64,000 nt of DNA from the human T2T-CHM13v2.0 reference genome, Homo sapiens (GCF_009914755.1 NC_060945.1); one strand, 5' to 3'. Shown: positions 1 to 14,258, counted from the stretch's first letter. A program made the numbers and translations. The notes: generated from the sequence alone by a model not told the origin.

Positions 1-1494
1 TGTAACACATCCCTGTAATTAGTATGCACACTGTACCTTGAAACAGAACAAACTATGGTTATTATCTGTACCTTGTCAAGACAAGGTGTGACATTTGATA
101 AATAAAGCATACTTCTGGGAGTTTATAAGGAAAACTGTCTTGAACAATACTGTGGCTTTTCTCTGTATTTTCTACTTATCATCTCTGCGATAGTATTAAA
201 TCCAAAAGAAGAGCAATTATTTCTCTTGGGAGTAGAATGAGACAAAAATGTTATGTGGCTGAAGTAAAATAACTCTCCCATCCCTCTTTATTTTTCTTTC
301 CACTGAGCTTGTTTTCTTTTCTTAATTTTCCATTTTCATTTGCTGCATGGGGTCTATTCACCGCCTTTCCTACCATCTGTTACCTATCTTCTTTCCACTA
401 GAGAAAATTTAATAGAGTTTAAGGCCAATAACTTCATATGCATTTCCCTTACAATTTTTTTTCTAATATCCACATTGATCTAAAAAAATCACCATAAGGT
501 GTAGAGCTGTCTCACATAAGGCATTTATTTTAGAGAAAGAAAAAACATTTCTGTAGCTTCTATTTGTAAACTGAATTCCAGTTTAACTCAGTACTTCTGA
601 TTTCACTAAAGCATGTACCACATTAAATTCTTTATAAATTTCTGCTACAGAATCGTAAGAAAATCATTTAGCTGCTTAGGATTTTTTTTTTTTTTTAGAA
701 AAAAGAAGGTTAAATGCTAATTTGTTAAAACATTCCCAAATTTGTCACTTACACACAGCCTTAGCACTAATTACTGCCCTGGGATGATGGGATGCAACTT
801 CCAGCTAGAAAAGAGCAGTGAAGTAGCATCTCAGGACACCAGCTGTCTGGCCAAGAAGCTGTAAACATGTATCCAGAGGCTATTTAGTTCTGGACTAAAT
901 TCTTCTAATTCGTCTAATGCTAATGATCAGTTCTGATAGAATTCTACTATCACCTTCTTGTACTATATCTGTTGGAGTTTTTTTGCTTGTTTGTTTTTTT
1001 ACATTTGCTATTTGTCTGTCTGTCTACCCAACCATTGATGTACTCAGTTTTTACTTTTTAACAGTTGTGTCAGTTGGGAGAATGATGATTTTAAAATGTT
1101 TTAATTATCAAGCAAAAGAAATATTTAATATGTCTTTAAATTCATTAAATGTATTTTGGTAGGGCATAAATTAAATGTGTTTAAAATTTCTAATGTCTAC
1201 AGGCATGGGGGTTTTCTTTATATTGTATCTAGAGAGAATAAGAATACATTCTAATAATAAATTTGGGGTAAATACTGCTTTATTTTTTAACTCACAGACT
1301 GGTTAAAAAATGCATAAAGTCAGAAAAAAAATTGTGTGTGTGTGTGTGTGTACTCTAACACCTTGAGATCATTATTTGATTTGTTATTAAATTTCTAAGT
1401 AAATGATATTAGATATTAGAAACTATAATTGTATTTCTATGTTTTTACATTTGCGTATGTTCTGAAATCAATTTATGTGAATTTGGAGAAGTAT

Positions 1495-2180
1495 ATTCAG
1501 AATTCAACCCCTTCTCACTACCTTCATGGCTGCAAACACGATTTGAGTCACTATCATCTTGCATTAGATTAGAGATAATCATATAAATGGTCTCCCCAGT
1601 TCTTTCTTGTCACCATGTATTCTCGAACTAGTGATTTCTTTAAAGGACTCTTTTGTCCTAATCCCTTCAACGCCTTCCATTTCACTGAGATAAAAATCCT
1701 GATTTCAATATTCTACCAGGTTCTATGTGATTAGGAACTCTATTATCTCTCTAACCCCCTCCCATTCATCTCCCTCTTCCTCACTCCTCCAGCCATGCTA
1801 GTCGGTTTGGTGTTCCTTTAAAATCCAACTATGTTCGTTTCTTAAGGTTTTTGTCCAGAATGCTCTTTTACCATGTAAAAACCTGGGTGACTTGTGCACC
1901 ATTTTTCAGTTTTTGCTTAAATTTGCTTTTCACTGAGATTTGCCCTAACATTGTTTAAAATTAAATGGTTTTTGGCATACTTGCAACTCTTGTCTCGTTT
2001 TCTCCTCTGTGAATGTAATTCATTTGGTTGTTTAGTATCTGATCATTTTCTGTCTCTCTACCATACAATGGAAACTCCAAGAAGGCAGGGACTTTTCTTT
2101 TGTTCACCAGTGCATCCCAACCCCTGAGGACACTACCTGGCACCTGGTGGGGGGATCAAGACACGTTTGGTAAGTGAATG
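1495..2180 (+). mobile_element. L2 (L2a-like) LINE 3' fragment
   Basis: Degenerate L2 3' end (aaactccaagaaggcagggactt...ttgttcaccagtgcatccc...cctggcac...gtgaatg); 5' boundary approximate. Confidence 0.75.
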
Positions 2181-2281
2181 TACCTATGTGTTACATTGAG
2201 ATCAGCACTATAGAGATGGTTGTACTTGGTTATACTGTGGCTGTACTTTGTTTATTTCCCACTCTTCTCTCTCATTTTTAG

Positions 2282-2396
2282 ATCAAGGGCTGTTTTTCCT
2301 TCACCTGAATTCACCATGAATCAGAAACAAAGATGTAAAGATATACATGAAACTAAATTTACTTTGAGGGGGGAAATCCGGTGAAACTAATATTGG
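2282..2396 (+). other. Candidate spliced exon (115 nt), no through-frame
   Basis: Long pyrimidine tract + TAG acceptor (tttatttcccactcttctctctcatttttag) and GG|GTAAGA donor. Confidence 0.35.
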
Positions 2397-2739
2397 GTAA
2401 GAATAGAGTAAGATTGGAGAGACAATTCATAACAAATGGGAAGAGAAATGTAATATACGGATTTGAAGGTCAAGGGTGAGAAGCCACCAACAGCAAGGAC
2501 CAGGGAACTGGTACAAAAAGTCTATTGGACAAGCTATTCTCAGGTGTTGATTGAGCTGCACCAAGTCAGTATTTGTAGCAATATACTGGTATCCTGAAAG
2601 GAAATGCAGTTCTTGAATAACAATATTTTAAAATAAATGGTAAAAACAAGAAATTCTGTCAATAGCAAATTATTAAATAGGTTATACTCCATCCACATTA
2701 TGTGGCATAATTCAGCGGTACAATGTTTAGGTGTAGCTA

Positions 2740-2823
2740 CTATATAATATGAATATATATGTAAGTATGCATATACACATATACATGTAAATGTGTACAC
2801 ATGCATATAGGTATGCATATATA

Positions 2824-2856
<33 letters not shown>

Positions 2857-2862
2857 GCATAT
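2740..2862. repeat. (TA)/(TG) compound microsatellite
   Basis: Alternating purine-pyrimidine run with a (TG)n core at ~2824-2845. Confidence 0.9.
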
Positions 2863-3611
2863 GTAAGCCTAGAGAAAAAAAAGATTGGTGTCCCCAAGCC
2901 ATTACATATTTTATTTTGTGTATTTATAGAAGGGTGAGGGTGGGGTTGAGTAGGACTTGCAGAAAACTTAACTTTTCTTCCATAAAATATTGGATTTATA
3001 AATAATACCAATAAATACCTTTTTGTAAATACAAAAGGTTCTTTTAGAAAAAAAAAACTTGCCTCCCTAAGTTTATAAAGCAATCTCACTTATCAAACTC
3101 GCATATAATTAGCCTTTCCAAAAGAAGTGATAACAAGTGAAAGTTGCCATAAAACAATAGCACTTATCTAATAAGCTAATAAGCTCAATATGACATTTCA
3201 TTTTACTGACTCTTTAAAACTAGTCTTTTTACTTGCATTTCACATTACATTCACTATGGTTATGATATTCTAGTGTTTTTATATTCTAAGGCATGTCATT
3301 GAATAATGAGTTTACACATGACCTCTTTATGTTTCCTCACAGATGTTAAATATGTTAAGGAGTGTATGTGTGTATTGTTTTTTGTTTGTTTGAAAAATTG
3401 CCCCTTTTTCTTTGGTGACTGTTAATAGAGTTGTTGATGCTGTTATTCACTTCTATGGTGTAACTCAAACAATCCAATTTTTTGAAAAAACATGTACATA
3501 AAGTATAATCTGTGTACATTCTTATAAAGCCTTCATTTGAGTTAACAAAAATGTCTACTGAATTTAAAACTATACTAATAACTGAATATCATATGTTTTT
3601 CTTTGAAAAAG

Positions 3612-3820
3612 ATTTACTCCAATACTACCATTTAATCAAGAATTCCTTCAGAAAATTTGAAGACTGACGCAAAGCATTCAGAAAAGATAACCTACTTCAT
3701 TTTCGCTCTCTAGGCTCGATAGGAAGAGGCTGAAGTGCATTACAGTATCGACATTGTTCTATTTTTAGTTAACCTGAATCCAAAAGTGGCTCTGAGACTA
3801 GATATTAAATGTAATGAAGC
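3612..3820 (+). repeat. Diverged local direct duplication, copy 1
   Basis: Colinear with 5604-5818, roughly 75-80% identity by hand alignment. Confidence 0.85.
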
Positions 3821-4164
3821 AATAGCTTATTTGGAAAATCAGTTGCATATTCAAATCAGAATAATTTAACAAACTTATGAAATTGATTTTATCTAGAAGT
3901 CTTAGCAGCATTTTTGAATTTGCTCATGGCCACATATTAACTGATTATAAATGAATGTTTTAACACTGATGTGTATGACAGCCATAATTCCATAAGGTTT
4001 TATATGTAAAAATGTAGCAAACTGACTATAAAGTTTCTTCAATGAATATTCTTCACTTGTGCCTGTGTGCATTAGCTCTACAATGGATGATTATATTTTT
4101 ATTGTATTTTTATAGACTTGAAAAATGTTTTTAAGAGCATCTTTTGAAATGTGAGCCTTAAGTG

Positions 4165-4275
4165 TATGTGTGTGTATAAATATATAAAATATATGTAATA
4201 TATAATATATATAATACATAAATATATATGTATATATAATATATATAATACATAAATATATATGTATATATATAA
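4165..4275. repeat. (TA)-rich low-complexity tract
   Basis: Imperfect TA repeats. Confidence 0.9.
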
Positions 4276-5603
4276 CATACAAAATAGTGTCTGGAACACA
4301 GTAAACATTATGTTAATGTTTTATAGTTATTAACTCATTTAATCATTCTTTTAAGCAATATATTACAGAATGCTTGGCTTGAATGAGTCTACCTAATTTT
4401 TGCTAGCCTTTCCATTACAGGTTAAAGATTTATCTTTCTACATAACAGTTACTTTATGCAGCTTCAACAGCACATCAATTTCTATTTTCATTGAAAGCAC
4501 TGTATTATTTCCTAGCCATGAGGAAACATTTGGGGGACCTTATTTAAATTCTACCCAAGAGTCTTCTCTAAGAAAACTCTGCTCCCCAAAGAGAAATTGT
4601 CCTTTTAATAATATATTCTTAGATTAGAAGCTCAACATGCTGTAATTTTCTCGTGAAACATCCTGAGTTGGCTGTTCATAGGTGCCTACTTGTGGTGATT
4701 GGCGTCCATTAATCCTGGTGAGGATATGAAAACCACACAGCTACTAGTTTGACAACCACTGCAGCAGTGCCTCATGAACATAGTGTTTTCATCGTTCTTC
4801 CAAACACTGTCAATTAGGCCTTTGAGGTATAGATTTGCAGTATAAGTAAAGGACAGTTTGGTAGCCATGTAGCAAGGATGAGCTAAAAAGACCATACCAA
4901 ATTGAGCTCAGTAAGTTCCAGTACATACACAAAACTGAGCCCACATCAAAACAGAATTTTTACACCAGGAGCAACTTTGAATCTTCATTGGGCTTGCATG
5001 AAAATGTCAGTGTGGCTTATGGTGAAGAATGGGCTCAAATTATATAAAGCTGAGTAGGGTAAAGACTGAATGAAAGATAGATTATATTCTACTTGAGTAG
5101 AGTCAGTAATGGATAACAAGGCATAAGGACATAATTTCACATTTGAATGGTGTTTTATTTTGAAGATATGTAAGAATGCACACATATACTACTATACACA
5201 TACATACATATGCATTCACCAGGACTATGTCTATATTTCTTATTGCATTATCATATGTTGTGTCTATTTGTCCTGTTTGTGCAGTAGTTTCCTATAAAAG
5301 TGAGTGAAATAGATGTAACAATAATGAAAATGCAGAATATCATAATTGAAATTTAGATTATTTTAATCTTTCTAATTATCTGAATTTATTTTCACATTAA
5401 ATACCCATTATACCAAGAATAATTCTTTCAGTTCATCAGATGTGATACTACCATTGTGATCTTGTAAAAATAAACTTTACATGGGTTGGGCATATTCTCC
5501 ATCTATATTAAATTGTTTTAAAAACAATATTTAAAGCACATCTTATCTCAATGATTGTTTTGTTAATTTCATGTTTGAAGAAAGAGAGAAAAATGAATAG
5601 CAT

Positions 5604-5818
5604 ATTTACCTCAATACTACCAGTTCATCAATAATCTGTTCAGAAAATTTAAAGACTGAAACATAGCAATCAGAAAGGATAGTTACCTTATTATTACTTT
5701 ATTGGCTCTATAGAAAGAGGTTGGAATTCTTTATGTCATCAAAATTGTTTTTTTTTTTTCTTTAGTTAATCTGAGTCAAAAAGTGCCTCTGCAGGCTGGA
5801 CCTTAAATATAATGAAGC
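5604..5818 (+). repeat. Diverged local direct duplication, copy 2
   Basis: Shares caatactacca, ttcagaaaattt, aagactga, tttagttaa and aatgaagc with 3612-3820 in the same order. Confidence 0.85.
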
Positions 5819-6075
5819 TAGAAATCGTGCATGCTATAGTAAAACCTGGCGTATCTCCTAGAATCACATGCTCTCTTTCCTCTGAGAACTGTTAGAATGA
5901 ATCCTTCAGTTATGGAAAATATAAACCAATACTAATTCACTAATTTGGGTCATGCACTTTTACACTGAGATGTCAGTGTTAGAAATGTCATTTAGGTCTC
6001 TCAGTATCATTAAGCCCTGGCACGGTGAGAAGAATGTTTTACCACAAGTCTGAACCACAGTTTCCCCCTTGCTAG

Positions 6076-6196
6076 AAATGTATGCACATGTTTTTTTCCA
6101 AAAGATAACGTGAAAATCAAGAATAAAAATTGTTGTGACGAAGATGAAGTCAGTGTATCTTCGGTTTGTGATGTTAGCAACTCAGAGCCTGGATAG
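6076..6196 (+). other. Candidate terminal coding exon (…NVCTCFFPKDNVKIKNKNCCDEDEVSVSSVCDVSNSEPG*)
   Basis: Acceptors tttcccccttgctag (6075) and tttttttccaaaag (6104) lead into one open frame ending TAG 6194-6196; 3 CpGs in ~60 bp. Confidence 0.3.
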
Positions 6197-6304
6197 TCTA
6201 TCAAATTCCATATGTGATGCCACTCCAGATAGTTTTTCTCAGAGGTTGGAAAATATAAATACTGAAATATTGAAATTGCTTTGCTTTGTTATGGAGACTA
6301 TTAC

Positions 6305-6749
6305 AGAATGTTAGTTGATCCCCGTCTCTGCCCTCCACAAATCTATTCTCTCCATTTTTCATAGTTTTGGAAGGTTATCGAGGCACGTGGTTTTGTGAAG
6401 ATTACATTTCACACCTAGCCTTACAAGTAACTTTAACCATGTGACTAATCTCTTGGCAGTAGAATGTGAGTGCAAGCAATGGTACAAATGCCAGACGACT
6501 TGTTAGCTAGCCATTTCATTTCTTTTCTATTTCCACCAGCTGGAATTTAGGGATGAAGTTTTAACAGCTTTGGCTATGAATAGTATAACATCTTAGGATG
6601 ATGAAGCAAGAAGATGGAAGAAAAAATGGAGTAAAACTACTTACCCATCCCAGCACCCTCATTTATTTCCAGACTGTCATGTGAGAGATAAGGAGACATA
6701 TATTTGAGAATCCATTTCAGCACCCTATACTTATATCTTAACCAATACA
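6305..6749 (+). mobile_element. Old ERVL LTR (LTR33/LTR16-like)
   Basis: attacatttc...ccatgtgacta...gaatgtgagtg core; terminus cttaaccaataca. Confidence 0.55.
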
Positions 6750-7639
6750 GGAATCAGACCACACATAAGTTGAGGGTTTTCACTACACTTCATAGTGATT
6801 CTCACTGCCATTTACTTGGAGACAGAAATTAGGCAGTAGTTAGATTTGAGATAGAAGGGCTTTATCTTTTTATTTTTCTTAGTATTTGGTTGAAATATCA
6901 TGGAATCCATTTGTAAAAAGGTATGGCAATTCTCATAGACGAATGTTGAGATGACTTCACAACAATTAGACGTGTTAAAAACTAGGCAACAACTAACAAT
7001 TTTGAGACCAGTATTTGAAAATTAACTTTAAAGAAATTATACAGGAAACATTCACATTATAATAATTTGACATTCACAAAAATTCTAGGTTAGAGATACA
7101 TTTTGAGAAGGACTAAATATCAAAACTAACTTTCAAGTCCAATTACTAATATTTAGATGTTTAAAAAAGAATACAACTGAACATAATTAGCTCTAAACAT
7201 CGGGATATTAAAGATAATTATTTTAAAAATTCAAAATGTGAATTGCTTTTATCCCAATAGAATAGAAAATTATGTTTTCAATAAAATTTTTAAACATGAA
7301 ATAGGTTTGTGCTAATCTATCATGCTCCTTTTAATGAGTATTTATTTTCCATATGCAAAATATGTTTATGTTCCTCTCAATGTTCTCAATTTTTTTATTT
7401 TATTACGATATCAGTTCGAAGTTCAAAATCTCATCAGCTCTAAACATTTAGAGGTCGTTTTCCAATCTTTTAAATCAAGTACCATTGAAAATCTTGAATA
7501 TACTCTGTTAAGTAAAGATTCCCAAAATGTAATTCTTCTCCATATGTGAATTCAGGACACTAAAGGAATAATTTATCTTACCTTAACATTCTCAATATAA
7601 CGTGGTGATATGTGCATAGCATAAGCCTTACAGACATTC

Positions 7640-7905
7640 CAGTTCAAAAAATGGAGTATGTAGAAGGCAAAAATAATTCTCTGATTCAAAGAATCTGTCA
7701 ACTTAACAAAACATATCAGAGAAAAATGTATTTTAAAATAATGATTTTATTAGAGAATAAGCAGAAAGTATTGTATTCTGGGATGCACAGATATAGCAAG
7801 CCACAAATGCATCTGAAGCAGGGAGGGTAAAGGGAAGGTTTCTTTCTTTTCTTTTCTTTTCTCTTTCTTTCTTTTCTTTTATTTTTTCTTTCTTTTCTTT
7901 TCTTT

Positions 7906-7953
<48 letters not shown>

Positions 7954-8380
7954 TTCTTTCTTTCTTCTTTCTTTCTTCCTTACTTTTTCTGGCAAAAAAG
8001 GAGTTTATTTAAGCTGCTTGGAAACAGAGTTTATTGGTTTTTGAAGCCCAAAGTCAAAGATGCCATCAGTACATTGTAATTCATTGGTGGAGATGCTGTT
8101 ACTGGGAAAATGTTCTTTCTGGAGTTGCTACGTGCCTATACAATGCCTAGTGATAAATCTTGTCGTAGAAACGTGTACATATGCAAAATATGCAAGCTGT
8201 TTAAAGCATGAGATGCATGAAGGGTGTGAGAGAATTGATTGCGGGGTTATTTTTAAAAGTCTTTGAAACAGTTTTGATCCTCATACATGCAAGCATGAAC
8301 TCCTCTCCTTTGTACTCTCCTGGCCCCAATATTTCTTGCTCTGACTACACTGACTTCATCATAGTATCTTAGACTTTCAT
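7640..8380 (-). mobile_element. ERV1 LTR, MER34-like, interrupted by (TTTC)n
   Basis: Minus strand starts tatgaaagtc..gatac..gatgaagtca and contains ttcatgcttgcatgt..gactt, resembling MER34-group 5' ends. Confidence 0.6.
7838..7990. repeat. (TTTC)n/(TTTTC)n polypyrimidine microsatellite
   Basis: ~150 bp of nearly pure T/C. Confidence 0.95.
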
Positions 8381-8384
8381 AGTT

Positions 8385-9932
<1,548 letters not shown>

Positions 9933-10589
9933 GAAATCAATTCAGAACCTTGAATAATTATTTTTCTACCTAGTCATCAAGTCACACACCATATACTTAC
10001 ACTATATCCAGCTACCTTATAACTGGCAATTATAAAATTTTAACATCAAATTTACTTCACATTCCTGAATACTATGCAAAAGCATAGTTACTATGAATTT
10101 TTCAGAGTAGGTTGGGGATGTATTTTCCAATTTAATGAAATAAGAAAACATTCTAAGGTGGTAACACAGCTGCAGCTAGATAAAGGAAATATATCCCCGA
10201 GTTTTCATGTAAATCAGCTATGTTGTAATAATCTGAGGGAAAAAAATTAATGATTAAATGGTAAAGGAAAACATAGTTACTGTAATAATCAAATGCCAAA
10301 CTTATTTCAAAGCAAAGCTTCAAAAATGTATTTGTCATTTATTATTAAAGCCTGAGATATGAGATCTCAAAAACACATTTTTATAAATGTAACTCCTAAA
10401 ATAATTTCAAACACTTCCTGCTGACAGTTATCAACTAATGATGCACATTAAAACTAGTGAAACAACTGTATTAAACATTTGTTAACAAACTGCCATAGAA
10501 TTTAATTCTAGTAAGCTTTAATTTCTCTTTTATAGGTAGAAATTTCACAAATTGATGGAAAAATTAATGTGTTTTTATTGAGAAATATG

Positions 10590-10825
10590 TTAGCTTCAAC
10601 AAATATTTATTAATGGAAGATATTTACTAAATATTTTCATGTTGACTGTTTCATTCAAATATCACAATGATCCTAAAGGTTGGTTATCATTAATCACAAT
10701 TTTATAGATGACAAAGCAAACCCAGAGTTCCTTAGTGATAATTATATATCCAGATAACTGCTAAAGTAGATTTTTATCCAAGTATTATTAAACTAAGTAC
10801 AATGTTTTCCTCTTATTCTATGAGA
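10590..10825 (-). mobile_element. MIR
   Basis: Core tcacaatgatcctaaagg...attttatagatgacaaagc. Confidence 0.55.
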
Positions 10826-11329
10826 ATAATGAATAAACATTTTTACCTTAACAATAAAATTAGCATCTCTTTACGATGATTAAGTGTGTGTGTTTGTGTG
10901 TGTGTGTGCACAGATCATAAATTAGATATGTTTTGCCTTATTTCCTTGTATTAGTTAGAATTATTATCAACTGGAAAAGTATAGCTTGTAAATAACTATT
11001 TTCATTTTAATATACCTACAGATACTAAGAATTTATTTTCATGATTTTTATCTATCATTTTCCTTTGATTTTTGGTATAATTCATGAAGATAATTTTTTT
11101 AATACAAAAGTTTTTCTTTTCTAAATAGTTCTATATAATATTGGCAGCCTTAATTGTGTTCTGATGGTCTTTCTCTAAGTTGGAAATTATTTTTTGATCT
11201 TAACATTTAATATTAATATTTTTTTCCGAATTTTTGTTATACATAACATTTTATCAAAAGTGTTAGAGGTTTTAAACATTTTTTTCAAGTTTTCTTGCAA
11301 TTTCACGAAAGTAATGTGCTGTAACCTGC

Positions 11330-12080
11330 TAGCTGAGCTTAAAATCTTCTGCTTTCTCTGAGTTGACAGATTGACTACATTTCCCAGCTTCTGTTGTTAA
11401 GTGTGGCAATATGACTAAACCAATGGAGTAAGAGGGGAAGGGATGCATGCCTGTGAAAATTCTGACCCATTAAAATTACTCTTTTCAACTTCCCCAAGTT
11501 CTTTTCCCCTTAGTTGGCTGGAATGAATAAAACTCCCAAGACAAACTTGGAAACTATGTGTGGGATATACAAAGGTCTCTGGCAGTCTAGTTCCTTGAAT
11601 GGACATGGGAGAATGCAGGAGAGATGTTCTGAAAACATAGGCATACACCATCCACTGTTACACAATTAAAAACAAAAACAAGGCCAGGCGCGGTGGCTCA
11701 CGCCTGTAATCCCAGCACTTTGGGAGGCCGAGGCGGGCGGATCAGAAGGTCAGGAGATCGAGACCTTCCTGGCTAACACGGTGAAACCTCGTCTCTACTA
11801 AACAATACAAAACAAAATTAGCCGGGCGTGGTGGCGGGCGCCTGTAGTCTCAGCTACTCGGGAGGCTGAGGCAGGAGAATGGCGTGAACCCCGGGAGGCG
11901 GAGCTTGCAGTGAGCCGGGATTGCGCCACTGCACTCCAGCCTGGCCGACAGAGCGAGACTCCATCTCAAAAAAAAAAAAAAAAAAAAAAAAAACAAAAAA
12001 AAAAACAAAAAGAAAACATTCTTTTGGTGTACTGAGCTATTATGTATTTTGTTTCTGTTTTTTTATAGCTGTTAGCACCC
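11330..12080 (+). mobile_element. LTR16-like ERVL LTR split by AluY
   Basis: gactacatttcccagc...tgtggcaatatgacta..ccaatggagtaag; 3' part resumes after ~12010. Confidence 0.6.
11682..12010 (+). mobile_element. AluY, CpG-rich, long A tail
   Basis: Y diagnostics ctggctaacacggtgaaac and ggcgtgaacc..gagcttgcagtgagccg. Confidence 0.97.
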
Positions 12081-13872
12081 TTTCTCTCCCCACCCCAAAA
12101 AACAAAAACAAGTTGTCTGTTCTGAATATAAGTTCAGTTCCCTTCTGTGAAATTGCTGACTATGGTCACATTTGTTAGCCCTTACAGAGTGAAAACTTTT
12201 GTTCAATATTTTAGGCTGATTTAAGCTCTATAACTTACTTTTTAGTCTTCTTTCAGTTATTTCCTAAGCATATCTTTTTCATTCATAGCTCATTAGGATA
12301 TCAGAACCAGTGTGACAGTACCCTTCCTTCCAATTGCTAGCCTTCTTAGAAGCCTGCTTCGTTATTACTACCCTCATTCATTCATCCTGACACTGGTAAA
12401 GTGTCGATTGCTCCATGTGATTTCCTCAGAAGCTGGATCCTCTGTCAGAGGGCACTTCCTTTCTTCTTTCTTTCTTTTTATGCTTCATTGCCTGGAGCTC
12501 TGGCAGATTTTTTTTAAATTTTATTCAGTTCCCCAATGGGGTAGACCAAAGTTTAGGAATCCCCAGTTCTCCCCAGTGAAGTCTGGTAGTCCCCAAAACT
12601 CATTCTGGTTTTATTACCATCATTGTATATCACATTTGTGGGAATATTGATATATAGATGAATTCCTTATTTCTAGCAATATCACAGACTGATAGTATTG
12701 TATTTATTATATTAGTTTGGTCATTTATGTAGAAAATTAGAGAAAAGGGGAGTCAGTTTTATGGACTTAGAATATCATGTTAAATTTGGAAGCCAAAATT
12801 CTATGCTAAATAATTAGGTATTTCTGGAATTACATATGGATATATAAGTATGTTAATCTATTAAAAATTACCAACAAAAAACATTATAACATTTAATAAC
12901 TGCATAAATTTAAATATCACTTACTTTCAAATTCATATTTGCATTTTAAGCCAGGGCAAAGTAGCATTGAAATAGACTTGTAGGCAAGAAAGAGTAGTAA
13001 AACTATTGTAGGAGTGCTGGTAAGAAAATGTTTAATTATTCTAAATAATGTTTAAAGACACAAGATGTGAAAGTTAAATAAATGTAAGAAAAATTTTTAT
13101 GTAAAGAGAAACAATTTTCTAGAAGTCAGTTTTAGCATCAAAGTTAGAAAATATTCTCAATTCTAACCTAGAGATAAATTCTAAACAATGGATTTTAAGG
13201 GACTCTCAAATTAAAAGAATTTTTAAAAACAACATTATAAGATTAATCTTGACAAATATCAATAATCAGAAAAACTCCTACTCTAGAAAAAGAAGAAAAC
13301 AGATTGCTCGACGAAGGAAAAGTAAATAAAATTACAGTCAGTCGCAACAACATAGTCAGGGTTTATATTTGTGTGGTAGTCCTGTATGAATCCTTGAAAT
13401 GTCTAGTACTTTAGAGAATACGGTTTGGAGAAATCTGTTCTCACAAACATTGCCATTTGTGGGAAAAATCTTTCCATGAGAATTACTGTGATTCTAATTA
13501 TATATAGTTAATTCTAACTATATTATATATATATATAGTTGTGTATTCACACATACACACTTGTACATGCTGTTTTTCTATTAAAAATAAAAATATAAAT
13601 TAACAGATATTTATGCAGAATGATTTATGACATTTGAAAATAAGCACTTGTGACAAAGGTTTAATAAATAGATAAAACTGTACATAAACTGCAGAAGCAT
13701 AAATAATGGTGTTAGCTGATTAAATTCTAATATTTTAATATGTTATCTCTATAAATGATTCAATAGAAATATATTTAAAGGATTTTATTTTTAATTTATT
13801 TAAAATTTTTATTTCCAATTTTTATTTAAGTTCAGGGGTACATGGTCAGGATGAGAAGGTTTGTTACATAGG

Positions 13873-14258
13873 TGTATTAGTTTGTTCTCACACTGATATG
13901 AAGAAATACCCAAGACTGGGTAATTTATTTATGAAAGAGGTTTAATTGACTCAGAGTTTCCCATATCTGGGGAGGTCTCAGGAAACTTACAATCATGGCA
14001 GAAGGTGAAGGGGAAGTAAGCACCTTCTTCACAAGGTGTCAGGACAGAGACGAACAAAGGAGGAACTTCCAAACGCTTATAAAACCATCAGATCTCATGA
14101 GAACTCACTCACTATCAGGAGAACAGCATGGGGGAAACTGCCCCCGTGATCCAATCACCTCCCTCCCTTGACATGTGGGGATTACAGGTCCCTCCCTGGA
14201 CACATGAATTACAATTCAAGATGAGATTTCGGTGGGGACACAGAGCCAAACTATATCA
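13873..14258 (-). mobile_element. THE1D solo LTR (MaLR)
   Basis: Termini tgtattag...ccaaactatatca; 5-bp TSD ATAGG (13868-72, 14259-63); gcaccttcttcacaagg. Confidence 0.92.

Noticed and set aside
557-654. Possible 98-nt exon (ttctgtag ... aatc|gtaaga)
   Set aside because: Weak acceptor, stops in all frames, no other support
917-1162. 81-aa hydrophobic ORF with an internal acceptor at 1064
   Set aside because: Hydrophobicity follows from T-rich composition; no recognisable family or donor
2540-3089. 120-aa ORFs on the minus strand (also 4091-4308, 25923-26165)
   Set aside because: Open only because TA/TG/CA repeats lack stops; low-complexity Y/I/H/T peptides
4680-4860. CCAAT, homeobox and TCF-like motifs suggesting an enhancer
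   Set aside because: Short motifs alone are not evidence without conservation or chromatin data
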